A stretch of 64,000 bases of DNA from Octopus bimaculoides (taxonomy: Eukaryota), in NCBI RefSeq assembly GCF_001194135.2, contig NC_068982.1:116238210-116302209 (forward strand), given 5' to 3'. Positions 11,751 through 24,930 of the stretch are shown here, one piece after another. Position numbers and translations under genes: made by a program. Positions within the stretch are counted from its first letter, which is position 1, and each line of letters begins with the position of its first letter. The notes beneath the pieces were generated by a model that had not been told where the DNA came from, searched no databases, and saw only the letters and a program-made list of their open reading frames with translations.

Positions 11751-12406
11751 GGTCAACATGATGATGCGAACATATATTTTTAGCACGTTCTTGCACGCTA
11801 GAATACGAACCGGTAAATATTTTGTTTGCTGTTTTCTATGTAAGAGCATAAGTTCCTATTTAGCTCCAAATGAAAGCGGCGGTGTCTAATCATCGAAGAC
11901 GCGAAATAGAGTCGAAACACTGTCCGCTGATGTTTTTCGGAACATGTTGTATAAAGATCAGGGGATGAGCGGAGGGAGGGTGAACATTTTTGGCAAAAGC
12001 AGAAATTGAAATTTCTGAGAGGAAACAAAATCCAACTTATACACCTATGTACCCACAAACAAATGCACACACATTCACAGATGATTACCGACACCTTGTG
12101 CCTCGTCGTTATCAATTGCATTTCTGACTTTCCGTCTCTGACTTCTCAAGATGTCTATTCAGTCCCGCTGCTTTGTAACTTTTTGGTTCCAGCTGGTTGG
12201 GTCATTGGACTTTTGATAGATGGAATGACAAATGACAAAGAAAGGCATCGTTAAGGGGCGTCTGTATGTCATTAGATTGTAGTGGTTATAGTGATAAGCA
12301 CTTGTACAACGAAAGAACCACTCTCTGAGTCTCGTGACTAGCACTTAATGACAAGCCGAAGTAGGAGGACCAGTAATCACGTGAAACTGCATGCATGCAT
12401 ACATAC

Positions 12407-12558
12407 TGTTGTGTCGACACCCCCAAGCGAAGAAGCAGGATCGCCCAAGACATATAAACAAAGGTAGTCTGGCCATGGTAGGAGTTGAGTAGCTCTTGGG
12501 TAGCAGTTGAGTAGAGATCATCCGAAGGTGCGAGATAGCAGTAGCTTGAGACATAACA
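12407..12558 (+). mobile_element. Solo LTR (152 bp)
   Basis: TGTTGTG...TAACA termini, TATA-like CATATAAA, exact 5-bp TSD CATAC (12402-12406 and 12559-12563). Strand is inferred from the TATA-like motif. Confidence 0.85.
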
Positions 12559-13512
12559 CATACTTACTTTCTGAGTAACATACATAGTTAATTTTATCCA
12601 GTTTATTTCAAAATATTTTGCCGTGTATATCAGCGTGACTAAATCGTCTTTTTAGGCGATTGAAACCGGTTTTGATAAAAATGCAAGTACTTTTTTTTTC
12701 TTTTATATACGATATAGTTCTGAAAACATTTTTATTTCATATATACATACATACATACATACATACATATNNNNNNNNNNNNNNNNNNNNNNNNNNNNNN
12801 NNNNNNNNNNNNNNNNNNNTATATATATGGATATGTATGTGTGTGTGAATATGTGTGTGTGTGAATATGTGCGCGTGTGTATGTATATGTATACACACAT
12901 ACCTACATACATGTATATTAATCTAAATCATCCTCCTAATTGGCTTTGCTGATATTAATTAGCAGCTTTTTAACTATTAATCTTGTTGTTTCTTCTCTCA
13001 GCCCCTCTTTCTTTCCGTTTGCTTTTTTTTTCTCTCTCTGTCTATTTATCTTTCTCTACCCTGCTCTCTCTCTCTTTCTCTCTCTCTCTCTCGCTAGATA
13101 TTGTATGTGTATAACATATATAACATTATATATGCATATGTGTATGAGAGTGTATGTGTGTGTGTGTATTGTGTACTAATCTATGCGTGTGTGTGTGTGT
13201 GTGTGTGTGAGTGTGTAAAAAAATAGCACAAAAATAAACAAAGAAGATTAAAAAGAAACAATAGGAAAAATAAAATCTTGACAATTGCGTTTAAATCTCC
13301 ATTGTCTGAGCCAATAACTACTTAACTCTTAATAATATTGCAATTATGAGGCCGGCCTTGAGCAGAGCATAACAGCAGAAAACGATGAAGGGTTAATCAA
13401 TATTGGTAATAAGAAAAAACAGGTCAAGTCAACTGATGACTGGATCAATACTTGAAGATATGTTGTCCTTATAAGTAGTCATGAATACAATAAATGTTGT
13501 CAGGGTTATCTA

Positions 13513-13561
<49 letters not shown>

Positions 13562-13825
13562 ACGCGCGTATGTGTAATGTATGTATGTATGTATGTATGT
13601 ATGTATGTATGTATGTATGTAGGTAGGTAGGTAGATAGGTAGGTAGGTAGGTAGGTAGGTAGGTAGGTATACGGTAAACGAACGCTAAGAGAGTACTGAA
13701 TACGTATAAAACTATACTGAGCGACTGGAACATTGTATAGTCTAGGTGTAGATGTACTAAAGAGAAGCGAAGAAAAAGACGAGGTTAAAGTGTTGCTTAT
13801 GTTTTTACTCTGTTACAATTCAATA

Positions 13826-13885
<60 letters not shown>

Positions 13886-14368
13886 ACACACTTCGTTAGT
13901 GGGAATCTTTCAAGGTGGAACTCAGCACACAATACATAATGCAAATGTAGAATTTCAAGGAAAGACTTTATAGCATTCAAACCAAGAACACTAACTGAAG
14001 CTTACTGGTCATGCATAAACACAAACGCATGTACCTTTAATAAATCATGCAGTACTGGAGCGGTTATATATGAAGCAGAATTCATCTCCACCAAACCAAA
14101 GGGCTCCCTAAGGACATGCGTCAGCCTCAGACCCACGGCAGCGCTGTCTCTTCATTTTGCTCTTCCTATCGCTACTATAATGTTCTCTGTTCCTCGGCGT
14201 GTGGGTTGGGAATACTCTAGATATGTAGACTAGGAATACTTCAGTATTTCCAACTAACAAATCTCTATTCAACTCATCATCCTTCTTGTGCAGGACTCTC
14301 CCAAGTCCTGCACTAAAAACCACTCCCAGTCCTGCCTTTCCAGAACGTCGATCCTCTGGAATTCTTTC

Positions 14369-14545
14369 TGTTATTTCTCAACGCTACTCCTATCTAGCAC
14401 CTTCGGATGATCTCTACTCAACCGCTACACAACTGCTACTCGACTGCTACTCAACTGCTACTCAACACATCTACTACGGCCAGACTACCTCTATTTATAT
14501 GTCTTGGGAGATCCAACTTCTTCGCCTGGGGGCGTCGACACAACA
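14369..14545 (-). mobile_element. Solo LTR (177 bp), same family as 12407-12558
   Basis: Reverse-complement homologue with TG..CA ends and exact 5-bp TSD CTTTC (14364-14368 and 14546-14550); extra copies of the internal ctgctactcaa repeat. Confidence 0.85.
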
Positions 14546-15147
14546 CTTTCCCTTTTCATCTTTCCCGCTAGTGTCGGTTTGCAATGGAAAGAGGAACATT
14601 ATATACATCAATTTCACTGGTCTAGTGGTAACTATGGACGTTATGAGTACTGGCCCTATCTCAAGAGATAGCAAGTAAACTATAAAACCAAACCTTAATA
14701 TTGTGAGTAAAGATTACTTAGATATATCGGAATGTAAATTTAAACAAGGATACTTCAATCCCTAAACTTCTTCAAGAAATTTAGAAAATAAGATTAGAAC
14801 AAAACTATGAGTTGTGTCTTAAGCTTGGATGCTCATGTTATACATTTCAAAATCAAACAGAGGTTCCTTGAAAAGACTATGTAGAACTGGGACCAGTCTT
14901 TAAGAGAGAACGACAATATAGCTCTGAGAAGAGCATTAATTGTAATTAAGAACGTTTTGTTATCAGCACATCACCAGCTACCTGAATTGTCTGAATCCAT
15001 TCCATTACCCTGTTTGAGCACACTCTCTATAATTATATATTGTCACACGTACGCACGCACGCACGCACGCTCGCACGCACGCACGCACACACATTCACTC
15101 CCTCTCTAACACACAAACTGATATATATATATATATATATATATACA

Positions 15148-15361
15148 TACAAGAGGAGGTACTAAATAGTTTTAAGGGTGTCGCGAAAAGCCTGGCTGAA
15201 GGCCCAACCTTCCGAGTTCTTTTATAAGGATTAGAAAAACTGGAGAACCGCTGTAATAAGTATGTGAATCTGAGAGGGTAATAAGTTGGATAAAATCATA
15301 ATTAACTGATCCTCCTGTATTTTCTTTTACCCAAAGCCAGGAACTTTTCAGCCACCATGTT
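15148..15361 (+). mobile_element. Mariner-derived MITE
   Basis: Retains a mariner-like C-terminal remnant (LEKLENRCNKYVNLRG) and degenerate TIRs; homologous in reverse to 24931-25152. Confidence 0.7.
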
Positions 15362-15803
15362 GCATGTCTTGTTTCTCTGTTTTTTTTCGTTGTTCGAAAA
15401 AAAGTTCGTTTTCTATGTTTTTTGTTTTTATGTTTCCGTTTCTCATTGTGTTCAACGTTTTTTTGACGTCCTGTACCCATATATGCATGTATATATACAT
15501 ATATATGTAGGTATGTACACATATTTATGGATATATGCATATATTTATATACTATTTATATTATTATATACACAGCAGGAGTGGCTGTCTGGTAATGCTT
15601 ACTTGTTCACGTTATTTTGAATTCTTCTGGTTCAAGAGGAGTGTCCCTAATATTTGCTTGTAACTTTGCAAATTTTTACATACAGATTTCAAATTTTGTC
15701 AGTGGGTGCTTTATATACTACTGGCTTATAGTTATGTAACTTAAGCTGATCTTGCTGAGTAAATTTCACTTTATGGGCAAGTAAATTTAATTAACAGGTG
15801 TAA

Positions 15804-16225
15804 AAGTAGCTTGCTTACCAACCACATGGTTCAGAGTTCAGTCCCACTACGTGGCACCTTGGGCAAGTGTCTTCTACTATAGCCTCGGGCCGACCAAAGC
15901 CTTGTGAGTGGATTTGGTAGACGGAAACTGAAAGAAGCCCGTCGTATATATGTATGTATATATATATATATATNNNNNNNNNNNNNNNNNNNNNNNNNNN
16001 NNNNNNNNNNNNNNNNNNNNNNNNNNNNNNNNNNNNNNNNNNNNNNNNNNNNNNNNNNNNNNNNNNNNNNNNNNNNNNNNNNNNNNNNNNNNNNNNNNNN
16101 NNNNNNNNNNNNNNNNNNNNNNNNNNNNNNNNNNNNNNNNNNNNNNNNNNNNNNNNNNNNNNNNNNNNNNNNNNNNNNNNNNNNNNNNNNNNNNNNNNNN
16201 NNNNNNNNNNNNNNNNNNNNNNNNN

Positions 16226-16267
<42 letters not shown>

Positions 16268-16467
16268 TGTGTTTGTCCCCCCAACATCGCTTGACAACCG
16301 ATGCTGATGTGTTTACGTCCTCGTAACTTAGCGGTTCGGCAAAAGAGACTGATAGAATAAGTACTAGGCTTACAAAGAATAAGTCCTGGGGTCGATTTGC
16401 TCGACAAAAGGCGGTGCTCCAGCATGGCCGCAGTCAAATGACTGAAACAAGTAAAAGAGTAAAAGAG
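15804..16467 (+). mobile_element. SINE family B (CORE-like gcaccttgggcaagtgtctt) with an internal (TA)n(TG)n microsatellite; assembly gap inside
   Basis: Head ..ggttcagagttcagtcccact, CORE-like segment, tail gactgaaacaagtaaaagag; other copies at 19419, 40978(-), 57180(-) and ~57715. Confidence 0.85.
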
Positions 16468-17144
16468 ATATATACACACAGAGGTGGGCACCATTAATCG
16501 AAAAGTTAATTTTGTCAATCTTTAATCTGTTAATTCTTCGAAAATGTAACGAAATTTTTCCCTTCTATCAATGTTCACAAAACACCTCAATACAACAAAG
16601 AATGAATAAAGAGGCAACTTTCATCATTAAATATCTTCCACAACTAAATATGAACACATAACATAATACAGAACACTACTAACCTTTCATTTAATATCAC
16701 TAACCCCCATACATCCCATACACCATTCACATTACAGATCTAGATCTACCCAAATTGCACCAAATCCAGAACTACTTACCTCCCTTACACATAATCTTTT
16801 TACTCAGGGACTAGTAGACCTGACACCGTTCAGTATTCGGTGTGCATTCAAAGCAATGATTAGTAACATTATGATACCGGTACGCTTTTGAATCTCTTTA
16901 ACAATTCACAATAATGACTTTTATTACTTTTATTCCTACCTCAATTCATCTAATTGTATATATCTATCGTTATTTTCATAAAAAACCTTTATTTTTTAAA
17001 ANNNNNNNNNNNNNNNNNNNNNNNNNNNNNNNNNNNNNNNNNNNNNNNNNNNNNNNNNNNNNNNNNNNNNNNNNNNNNNNNNNNNNNNNNNNNNNNNNNN
17101 NNNNNNNNNNNNNNNNNNNNNNNNNNNNNNNNNNNNNNNNNNNN

Positions 17145-17185
<41 letters not shown>

Positions 17186-17370
17186 TATATATACACATAT
17201 ATATATACATACATGCATGCATGCATACATACATACATACATACATTCATACATATGCACGTTTGTGTGTGCGTGAGCAGATATTTATCGATGTAAACCA
17301 TCATTAGTTTCTTCGAATTCTACTGTTCTACTGTTCTGTATAATATTCTAAATTATACTATACATTATAC

Positions 17371-18253
17371 AACGAAGAGGTACCTAAAAGAAACCGAAAT
17401 TTTCCAATATTATTTTATTCACTTAGTTTAACATGTTTACACTTGATATTATTCTCCATTTGAAGTAATGCATCGGTCCAGGCGCGTTTTCCTCTATTCG
17501 AAGCAGTGCTGGAATTCTTGCGAAATGATACCTTTTAACGTCTCCGTCGTTTTTTACTTCACCACTTCCACATTTGCAAATTCCGTAGCCCCAGCTTTCG
17601 TTACCAGTGATGACCTTCGAAAAAAGGTCCGGATCAACTTCCAACTGTTCTCTCAGTTCAGGACACGCATTTTGATATTCCCTGAGCAAGCGACGCACTC
17701 ATATTTGCTGCAACTCTTTTCATTCGCAATTCCTCACTCAAAATTCGTTGGCAGGAATCCAGGACACATCAGTCATATCAACAAGTTCGTCATTTGTTCG
17801 GTGACGGTCCTCTAAGGTCAGTTCATGAATTTTCATGATGTTTTCATTCGTTCGGGGTGGGAGCTGGGAGTCGACGGTCGTCCTGAACGAAGTTGATCTT
17901 CAAGCGACAAGTGACCATTCCTAAAACGTGGAAACCACTCATAAGCTTGTGTTTTGCTCACGGCAGCGTCCTTGTAGGCTGTTTGAAGCGTGACAACTGT
18001 TTCGGTCGCCGTTTTCCCCAGCAGAGAACAGAATTTCACAGAAGCACTCTGTTCCTTCGTTTCAGTCATTGCAAAAATCGACGAACAAGGGAGAAGCACT
18101 ACAAAACAAAGCACCACGTGGCAGTATGTCCTTAACCGAGGACACCAGTAGGCAGACTGATGATAGGGAGTCGTATCAAGCGGCAGAAGCCTGAACTACA
18201 ACGGGTTTGTCCCACAGAGAACGTTTTTGGTTACTTTTGGGTACCCCCTCGTA
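17371..18253 (-). mobile_element. Internally deleted mariner transposon (~880 bp)
   Basis: KEQSASVKFCSLLGKTATETVVTLQTAYKDAAVSKTQAYEWFPRFRNG..RSGRPST (HTH) and CPELREQLEVDPDLFSKVITGNESWGYG (ITGDESW motif); degenerate TIRs TACGAGGGGGTACCCAAAAGTAACC at both ends. Confidence 0.9.
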
Positions 18254-19418
18254 AACCGCACTCAGCACAGCTATTTATTCTGAATAGCCCAGCCTACCGT
18301 ATTGTACAAATGTATCATAAAATGCAAGCTCACTGTGTACTATTGATAAATATTTATTATCTTGAAGAGTTGAAGTCATACTCTCCCAAAGGAGAGGAAT
18401 GAACTCCAAAACGCTGCCTTGCTTTTGAGACACAACATAGAGATAAAGTCATCAGTTTTGTCCCAATGACACACCATAGTGTTTATGATAAAGCTTGTGT
18501 TCTACGATAAGAATGTAAAAATATCTCTGGACACATTTGCTGTTTTTCACGTATCGTTTAGATTCCCTTGTATCAGATAACATTTCTCTCCTCTCCTTAT
18601 TCTTTCCCACTTCTCTTTCTCCTCTCTCTTTCTCTCTATTGACCTTTCACCTCCTTCAAGTGACCTTCAAGAGCCATTGCCGGTTATGATATGAATCTGT
18701 CAAATCTGCCCTTCATGTGTCGTAAGAAAGTCACTTCACACGAACAGGCAATAATATCACTTGCTGTATCACCACCTGTTTGGTACTGTGTCATTTTACA
18801 GTAAATACATATTAGCTAAGGTTAGATTCCAAACAACGCTTTCTAGAATAACAACTTCATTGGTGTTTGATTTTAGATAATTTAAAATTGAAATTGCTCA
18901 GTTTTCTGGCTTATTCTCCACCTTTTACTTTTTTTAAACATTTGTTTGTTGTTTATACTGTTGTGCAAGATTAAGCATAATTAAAACAAGACAAAAATTA
19001 TATCTTAAAGTTCGTTTACAAAATTAGTTGTTTTATAAATAACTGTTTTACTGTTCTTCACTTAGAGGTAATACAATACAACGTCCAGAAATTGGTTGTC
19101 TTTAGTTTGAGATTATAACTTGTCATTATAACAGAGCCGGTTGTCAACATATCAGGTTACGTTATAAGGCAACAGGTCTGTAGTTCGTATTACCATAATG
19201 GCGTTACCTGATACCTTAATAGTTATTTGTTGTTGTTGTTGTTGTTGTTGTTACCGTTTAGTCCCAGGTCAGCTTTAATCACGCAGGCTTATGAGTAAAG
19301 GCGTTCCAGTCATGACTATACCATCTTTTCAGACAGTTTATTTCAGACAACTGTAATCAATGCGTCCTTCGTCATTTTTAAAGACAGTAGAGTTTGATTT
19401 GAGAAATATTTAGCTACT

Positions 19419-19584
19419 AGGCGCAGGAGTAGCTGTGTGGTAAGTAGCTTGCTTACCAACCACATGGTTCCGGGTTCAGTCCCACTGCGTGACACTTTGG
19501 GCAAGTGTCTTCTACTATAGCCTTGGGCCGACCAAAGCCTTGTGAGTGGATTTGGTAGACGGAAACTGAAAGAAGCCCGTCGTA

Positions 19585-19615
<31 letters not shown>

Positions 19616-19852
19616 NNNNNNNNNNNNNNNNNNNNNNNNNNNNNNNNNNNNNNNNNNNNNNNNNNNNNNNNNNNNNNNNNNNNNNNNNNNNNNNNNNNNC
19701 CCCATAACTTAGCGGTTCGGCAAAAAGAGACCGATAGAATAAGTACTAGGCTTACATAAGAATAAGTCCTGGGGTCGATTTCCTCGACTAAAGGCGGTGC
19801 TCCAGCATGGCCGCAGTCAAATGACTGAAACAAGTAAGAGTAAGAGTAAGAG
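19419..19852 (+). mobile_element. SINE family B, full length, gap in its internal microsatellite
   Basis: Same architecture as 15804-16467; tail (gtaaga)n. Confidence 0.88.
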
Positions 19853-19934
19853 TACTATTTCCAGCAGGTCAAGCGATCACGTAGATGTTCTCTCATTAGC
19901 TCGTAATAGGTATTTAATATTTAAGAGTTCAGTT

Positions 19935-20542
19935 AGGCGGTGAGCTAGCAGAGTCGTCAGCCCGCGGGTAAAATGCTTAGCGGAATTTCGTCCGTCTATA
20001 CGCTCTGAGTTCAAATTACACCCAAGCCGACTTTGCCCTTCATCCTTTCGAAGTCGACAAAACGAGTGCCAGTTGAAGACTTGTTGGCACTCCTTCGATT
20101 ACGACGTCGAGGGTTCCAGTTGATTCGATCAACAGAACAGCCTGCTCGTGAAATTAACGTGCAAGTGGCTGAGCACTCCACAGACACGTGTACCCTTAAC
20201 GTAGTTCTCGGGGATATTCAGCGTGACACAGTGTGACAAGGCTGACCCTTTGAATTACAGGCACAACAGAAACAGGAAGTAAGAGTGAGAGAAAGTTGTG
20301 GTGAAAGAGTACAGCATGGTTCGCCACCATCCCCTGACGGAGCCTCGTGGAACTTTAGGTGTTTTCGCTCAATAAACACTCACAACGCCAGGTCTGGGAA
20401 TCGAAACCGCGATCCTATGACCGCGAGTCCGCTGCCCTAGCCACTGGGCCATTGCGCCTCCACCAGTTGAAGACTAGGATCAATGTAATCGATTTGCCCC
20501 CCCTCCCCCCGAACTTGCTGGCCTTGTGCCAAAATTTGAAAC
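19935..20542 (+). mobile_element. SINE family C split by a family A insertion
   Basis: 5' half at 19935-20081; 3' half resumes after 20475. Confidence 0.8.
20082..20462 (-). mobile_element. SINE family A (tRNA-derived head GGAGGCGCAATGGCCCAGTGG..GGTTTCGATTCC), full length
   Basis: A/B-box-like head; 13-bp TSD CCAGTTGAAGACT at 20069-20081 and 20463-20475. Confidence 0.92.
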
Positions 20543-20739
20543 CCAAATTTAAGGGTTCAGTTGCATTAGTATGAAACCACGTACAAGTATACCTACTTAT
20601 AAAGCAGCACCGTATCCCTATGGTAGAAACTGGCAGTAAAGGAAAAAATGTTGAATAATACGCTACCACGGATAAATATAAAGTCAATCCTCTCATTATT
20701 TATACCTCATTAACATAATTTTTCTCTCCATTTCGATCA

Positions 20740-21710
20740 ACTCGAAATGACAAAATCTTGGCTGCAAAGCTAAGTAAAGTGTATTATGTTGTGGAGCTTC
20801 ATCGGTCAAGCAGAAACCTTAACTATGGAGTAAAAGTTGACAAAAAAATAAATGTGTAAAATGGCAGAAAGCTCTAACTGAAAATATTCTAGTGTCGTAT
20901 TCTGCATAAAAGGTTTGTTCTTTTCCATAACAACTGATGCTTCAAACAGCGGTACGAATTGTTTCCCAGTAATTCTTAGTTTCTTTCATTTTAAGAAAGA
21001 AGTGGAATATATGTTATTTGACTTTTACAGCGGTAGCAACGAATCATCAGAAATAACGAATCAACAACCACTACCTAAACTAGACACGTCAGGTCTGGAT
21101 CTCAATAAAGTTTCTACATACACTGCTGACAAAATCAAGTGTAAACTATGGAAAACATAACAGAGTTTATTCAAACCTGAATATGGCTCAAAAGAACATT
21201 TTTCATAAAAATGGCTTAGCCTATATTTTGCAAAATACAAGATTTGCTACAGGAAAACTAGAATTTCATGTTGAAAATACTGTATACAACGTGTGTGGAG
21301 GCGCAATGGCCCAGTGGTTAGGGCAGCGGACTCGCGGTCATAGGATCGTGGTTTCGATTCCCAGACCAGTCATTGTGAGTGTTTATTGAGCGAATACACC
21401 TAAAGCTCCACGAAGCTCCGGCAGGGGATGGTGGCGAACCCTGCTGTACTCTACCACCACAACTTTCTCTCACTCTTACTTCCTGTTTCTGTTGTGCCTA
21501 TAATTCAAAGGGTCAGCCTTGCCATACTGTGTCACGCTGAATCTCCCCGAGAACTACGTTAAGGGTACACGTGTCTGTGGAGTGCTCAGTCACTTGCACG
21601 TTATTTCACGAGCAGGCTGTTCCGTTGATCGGATCAATTGGAACCCTCGACGTCGTAAGCGACGGAGTGCCAACAATACAACGTGTACAACTATTTCAGC
21701 ATCTTAACCT
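20740..21710 (+). pseudogene. hAT-family transposase remnant interrupted by SINE A
   Basis: FFSITTDASN..CFPVILSFF..LFDFYS..NESSEI..SGLDLNKVSTYTAD(N)..VNYGKHN..VENTVYNVYNYFS resembles hAT catalytic-domain motifs (DAS..N, YSADN, VNYGKH); frameshifted. Confidence 0.68.
21295..21676 (+). mobile_element. SINE family A, full length
   Basis: 10-bp TSD TACAACGTGT at 21285-21294 and 21677-21686. Confidence 0.93.
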
Positions 21711-23449
21711 CCAGCACTCAGGCGCTCTACGCTCAACTCGTCTCCCCATCTTAGTATCCCTCGCTACATACACCTCCCTTTTTCAGTAACTATATCCAAT
21801 CCTTCTTCCCCATAAGATCAGCTTCTTGCTCATGTCTTTCCTGCAAGCATTGACCTGCAACAGTTTAAATGGAACGGTAAAGTCACCAATTTTCCCAGTC
21901 TCGGAAGACTTGTAAGACCCATGAGTGCTACCTCTTCCTTTAGATTCAGCAAGTAAAAACGAAAAAGAAGCAAAAGGACTATACAGTTAAAGAATTTTGT
22001 GAATTTGCAGATATTGATAATTGTGATGTGTTACATCGTGTTGTAACGATCTCTCTCTCTCTCNNNNNNNNNNNNNNNNNNNNNNNNNNNNNNNNNNNNN
22101 NNNNNNNNNNNNNNNNNNNNNNNNNNNNNNNNNNNNNNNNNNNNNNNNNNNNNNNNNNNNNNNNNNNNNNNNNNNNNNNNNNNNNNNNNNNNNNNNNNNC
22201 TTCCTTACTCACTTTCGCCATCTGTTGATGAAATACCTAAGTACTGAAAAGTACAAGAATGATATTTCCAAAGTCGAGTTGAAGAAAAGTCCCGAGGCGT
22301 TCTGAGAGTGATTTGGAAATGAAAGAAATGACGAATCGTCACAATCCTGTTTCTTTTTCCCCAGTCACACATTTAAATTGTTCTCAGACACCATTGAAGC
22401 TCTAGAAGCCGAGTCGTTCAGCGTAATTTTGCTATTTGAAATGTTTTAAGACAATGGCTAAACTGAAAAGCAAACCTGAGAGAATAATAAAGGACTCTAG
22501 TGTTTTTGGTGGTGATAGGCTTGGACTGAGCACCAAGGTTAGCCAGAGCTTGATCTTGATGTGTCTAAGAAGCGTGTTTTCTTTGAAAGAATCATGCAAT
22601 ATTTAGACTTTTCTGGAAACAACTTAACAAATCATTGAAGCTTAGCCAAACAAGCATCATCTCTTTTGGAGATTACTGCAATGCAGCCAAAGTTTGAAGC
22701 CTTCAGAATATTGGTATGTATGAATTATATGAAGATTATGTGTTTGCGGAGCCATTTATCAATACTCCTGAGATATTCGATAACAAAAGTGAAAGACGTC
22801 ATTACTAATCAGTAAATTTCTTTTTCAAATCTGAAGGAGGTGAAGACATATATATTTTCTACTTAATGCAGTAATGCTCACTCAGAACAAGTTCTTTTTT
22901 CAATGATGACATTGGTGTGGAGTAACAAGAGAAACTGTATGCTAATTGGCACAGTAAAAAAACAAAGCTCCAAATGCATAATTTCTCAGAAGAGTTCTCA
23001 GTTATTTACAAGAAAATTCCTAAGAATGAGTAGAGAGCAAAAAATATAAATAAATAAATAAAAAATGATGATTGTAAAAAAAATTTCAGCTTCTCTTCAG
23101 TGAGCAGAAATTATTAAAAAAAGAGTGTAGAATGATGAATCTTTGAATAGGATAAGGCCTCTGGTGAAAATCTCTGAGAAATGATTAAAAGCCAGTTTGT
23201 TCCAGTTCACGAGTATCATTTGATAGAACTATTATGCAATAAAGCATAAATGATTTTAAAACCCCTCTTTTATGCTTATTCCGTTTTTATCTCATTTAAG
23301 CCTTTTAAAAATGCTTTTCAGAACAGCATTAAAAGTTTGGAGTGATTTATCCCCTTGTTGTATTCCTCTATCAACACTGATTTTTCATTCCCAATGTGAA
23401 GTCTTGTAGATGATGTTCACTAGTTATAATTTCTTTTTAATGATCACTA

Positions 23450-24085
23450 TGTGAGTCTAATGTATTCTCTGATCAATAATAGCAAAGCAGAGCTAAAAAT
23501 AAGTATGAAGAAGACGCAAATCATGTTTAACAACAAATAATATCAGCAGGAGTCACCTATGATACCATAACAACTAACAAATATATTTCACTTGGACAAC
23601 TGGTAAAAGTGGAATGCGGTCATTTAGAGAAAGTAAAAAGACGAATCCACGCTTGGTGGGATGCTTTTGGTGAATAAAATGCCCTCTTGAAAAAAAACTG
23701 ATGCAATTGTGTCTGAAGCACAAAGTATTTGACTAGTGAAACATGAGCAATAAGTAAAAACATAGCGTAATGTCTTAGAACAATCAAACGAAGTATGAAA
23801 AGATGCATGTTAGGAATCATTAAAAATGAAAGAAAATCATGTTTAAGGAGGTGAGAGTAAATGAAAGTAAAAACAAATTGAGAAGAGATACTGAGATGCG
23901 CGAGGCATGCAATCTGAACAAATAACGACAAATAGACAAAACTAGACACAGAATGAAGGGTAAAAGAGACAAGTTCATGCATTCAGAATAGATAGAAGAG
24001 AAGGCAGATGATGAGTTTATGGACGTTGCATGGATAAAAAAAAACGTACAGAATAGGACCAATTAGTACCACCTTGGAGAGGTTG
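23450..24085 (+). mobile_element. Old RTE-clade LINE fragment (RT C-terminus/thumb)
   Basis: SKAELKISMKKTQIMFN..LGQLV..KRRIHA(G)WDAFG..LKHKVFD..RTIKRSMKRCMLGI; many stops. Confidence 0.6.
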
Positions 24086-24399
24086 GGATGCTGTGAGAAA
24101 TTTTACTAGGCGGATCAAGATTGCTTTCAAACTCGGCGTGGGAGGGAGTCTCTTAAAACTCAAGGATGTTGTGGGGTGTTGCTTGGGAGGGATCCCGTAT
24201 GATATTCACAAGTCTCTCTTTAGCTCTTTGAGAGGATTTCTCATTTCAGTGAGCAGATAACAGTTGAGAATGATAACAATGAAAGCCAGGTTTTTCTGAA
24301 TCTATATAAGTTAAAATGGGTACTTTATTAGCATATTTATTCTTTTAAATAAAGTTAAATGTTATTTTTACAGTACTGTTTAAAATTGGTGAAAGCTCT

Positions 24400-24555
24400 C
24401 TGTCTGTCTGTCTCTGTCTGTCTGTCTCTGTCTGTCTGTCTCTGTCTGTCTGTCTCTGTCTGTCTGTCTCTGTCTGTCTGTCTCTGTCTGTCTGTCTCTG
24501 TCTGTCTGTCTCTGTCTGTCTCTGTCTGTCTGTCTTTGTCTCTCTCTCTCTCTGT
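24400..24555. repeat. Compound (TCTG)/(TC) microsatellite
   Basis: Direct reading. Confidence 0.97.
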
Positions 24556-24930
24556 ACACACACATGCACAACACAACACATTTCTAAAACATATTTACAT
24601 ATGAACACACATACACATCCGGACATTTGTATGTGTATGTGACTGTGTGCACAGACGTTTATGGTACCCTATGGAGGCAGGTTTGAGATGTCCTCATTTT
24701 GGAAACTTGGTAACAGCCACCCTGATTATATAAGTTTAATCAGTTACACCATTTTAATCATTTACATATTTAATCAGTTACATATTTAATTAGTTACACA
24801 CATATGGTCACATACCAAGATTAGCTATAAATAATTAATAGTGCAAATGCTTTTAAATATTGACCAGGTGTCACGAAATATGCTCACGTACATACGCGTA
24901 CAGATAGTAAAACGTTTAAATACTGAACAC

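Noticed and set aside
14100-14368. GC-richer segment next to the second solo LTR as retroelement internal sequence
   Set aside because: It lies outside the TSD, and no frame gives a recognisable gag/pol motif.
12407-14545. The two inverted 150-180-bp repeats as TIRs of one 2.1-kb DNA transposon
   Set aside because: Each copy has its own distinct 5-bp TSD and TG..CA ends, so they are independent solo LTRs.
21295-21370. tRNA-like sequence with A/B boxes
   Set aside because: It is the head of a ~380-bp SINE with a TSD and several copies, and it does not form a proper cloverleaf.
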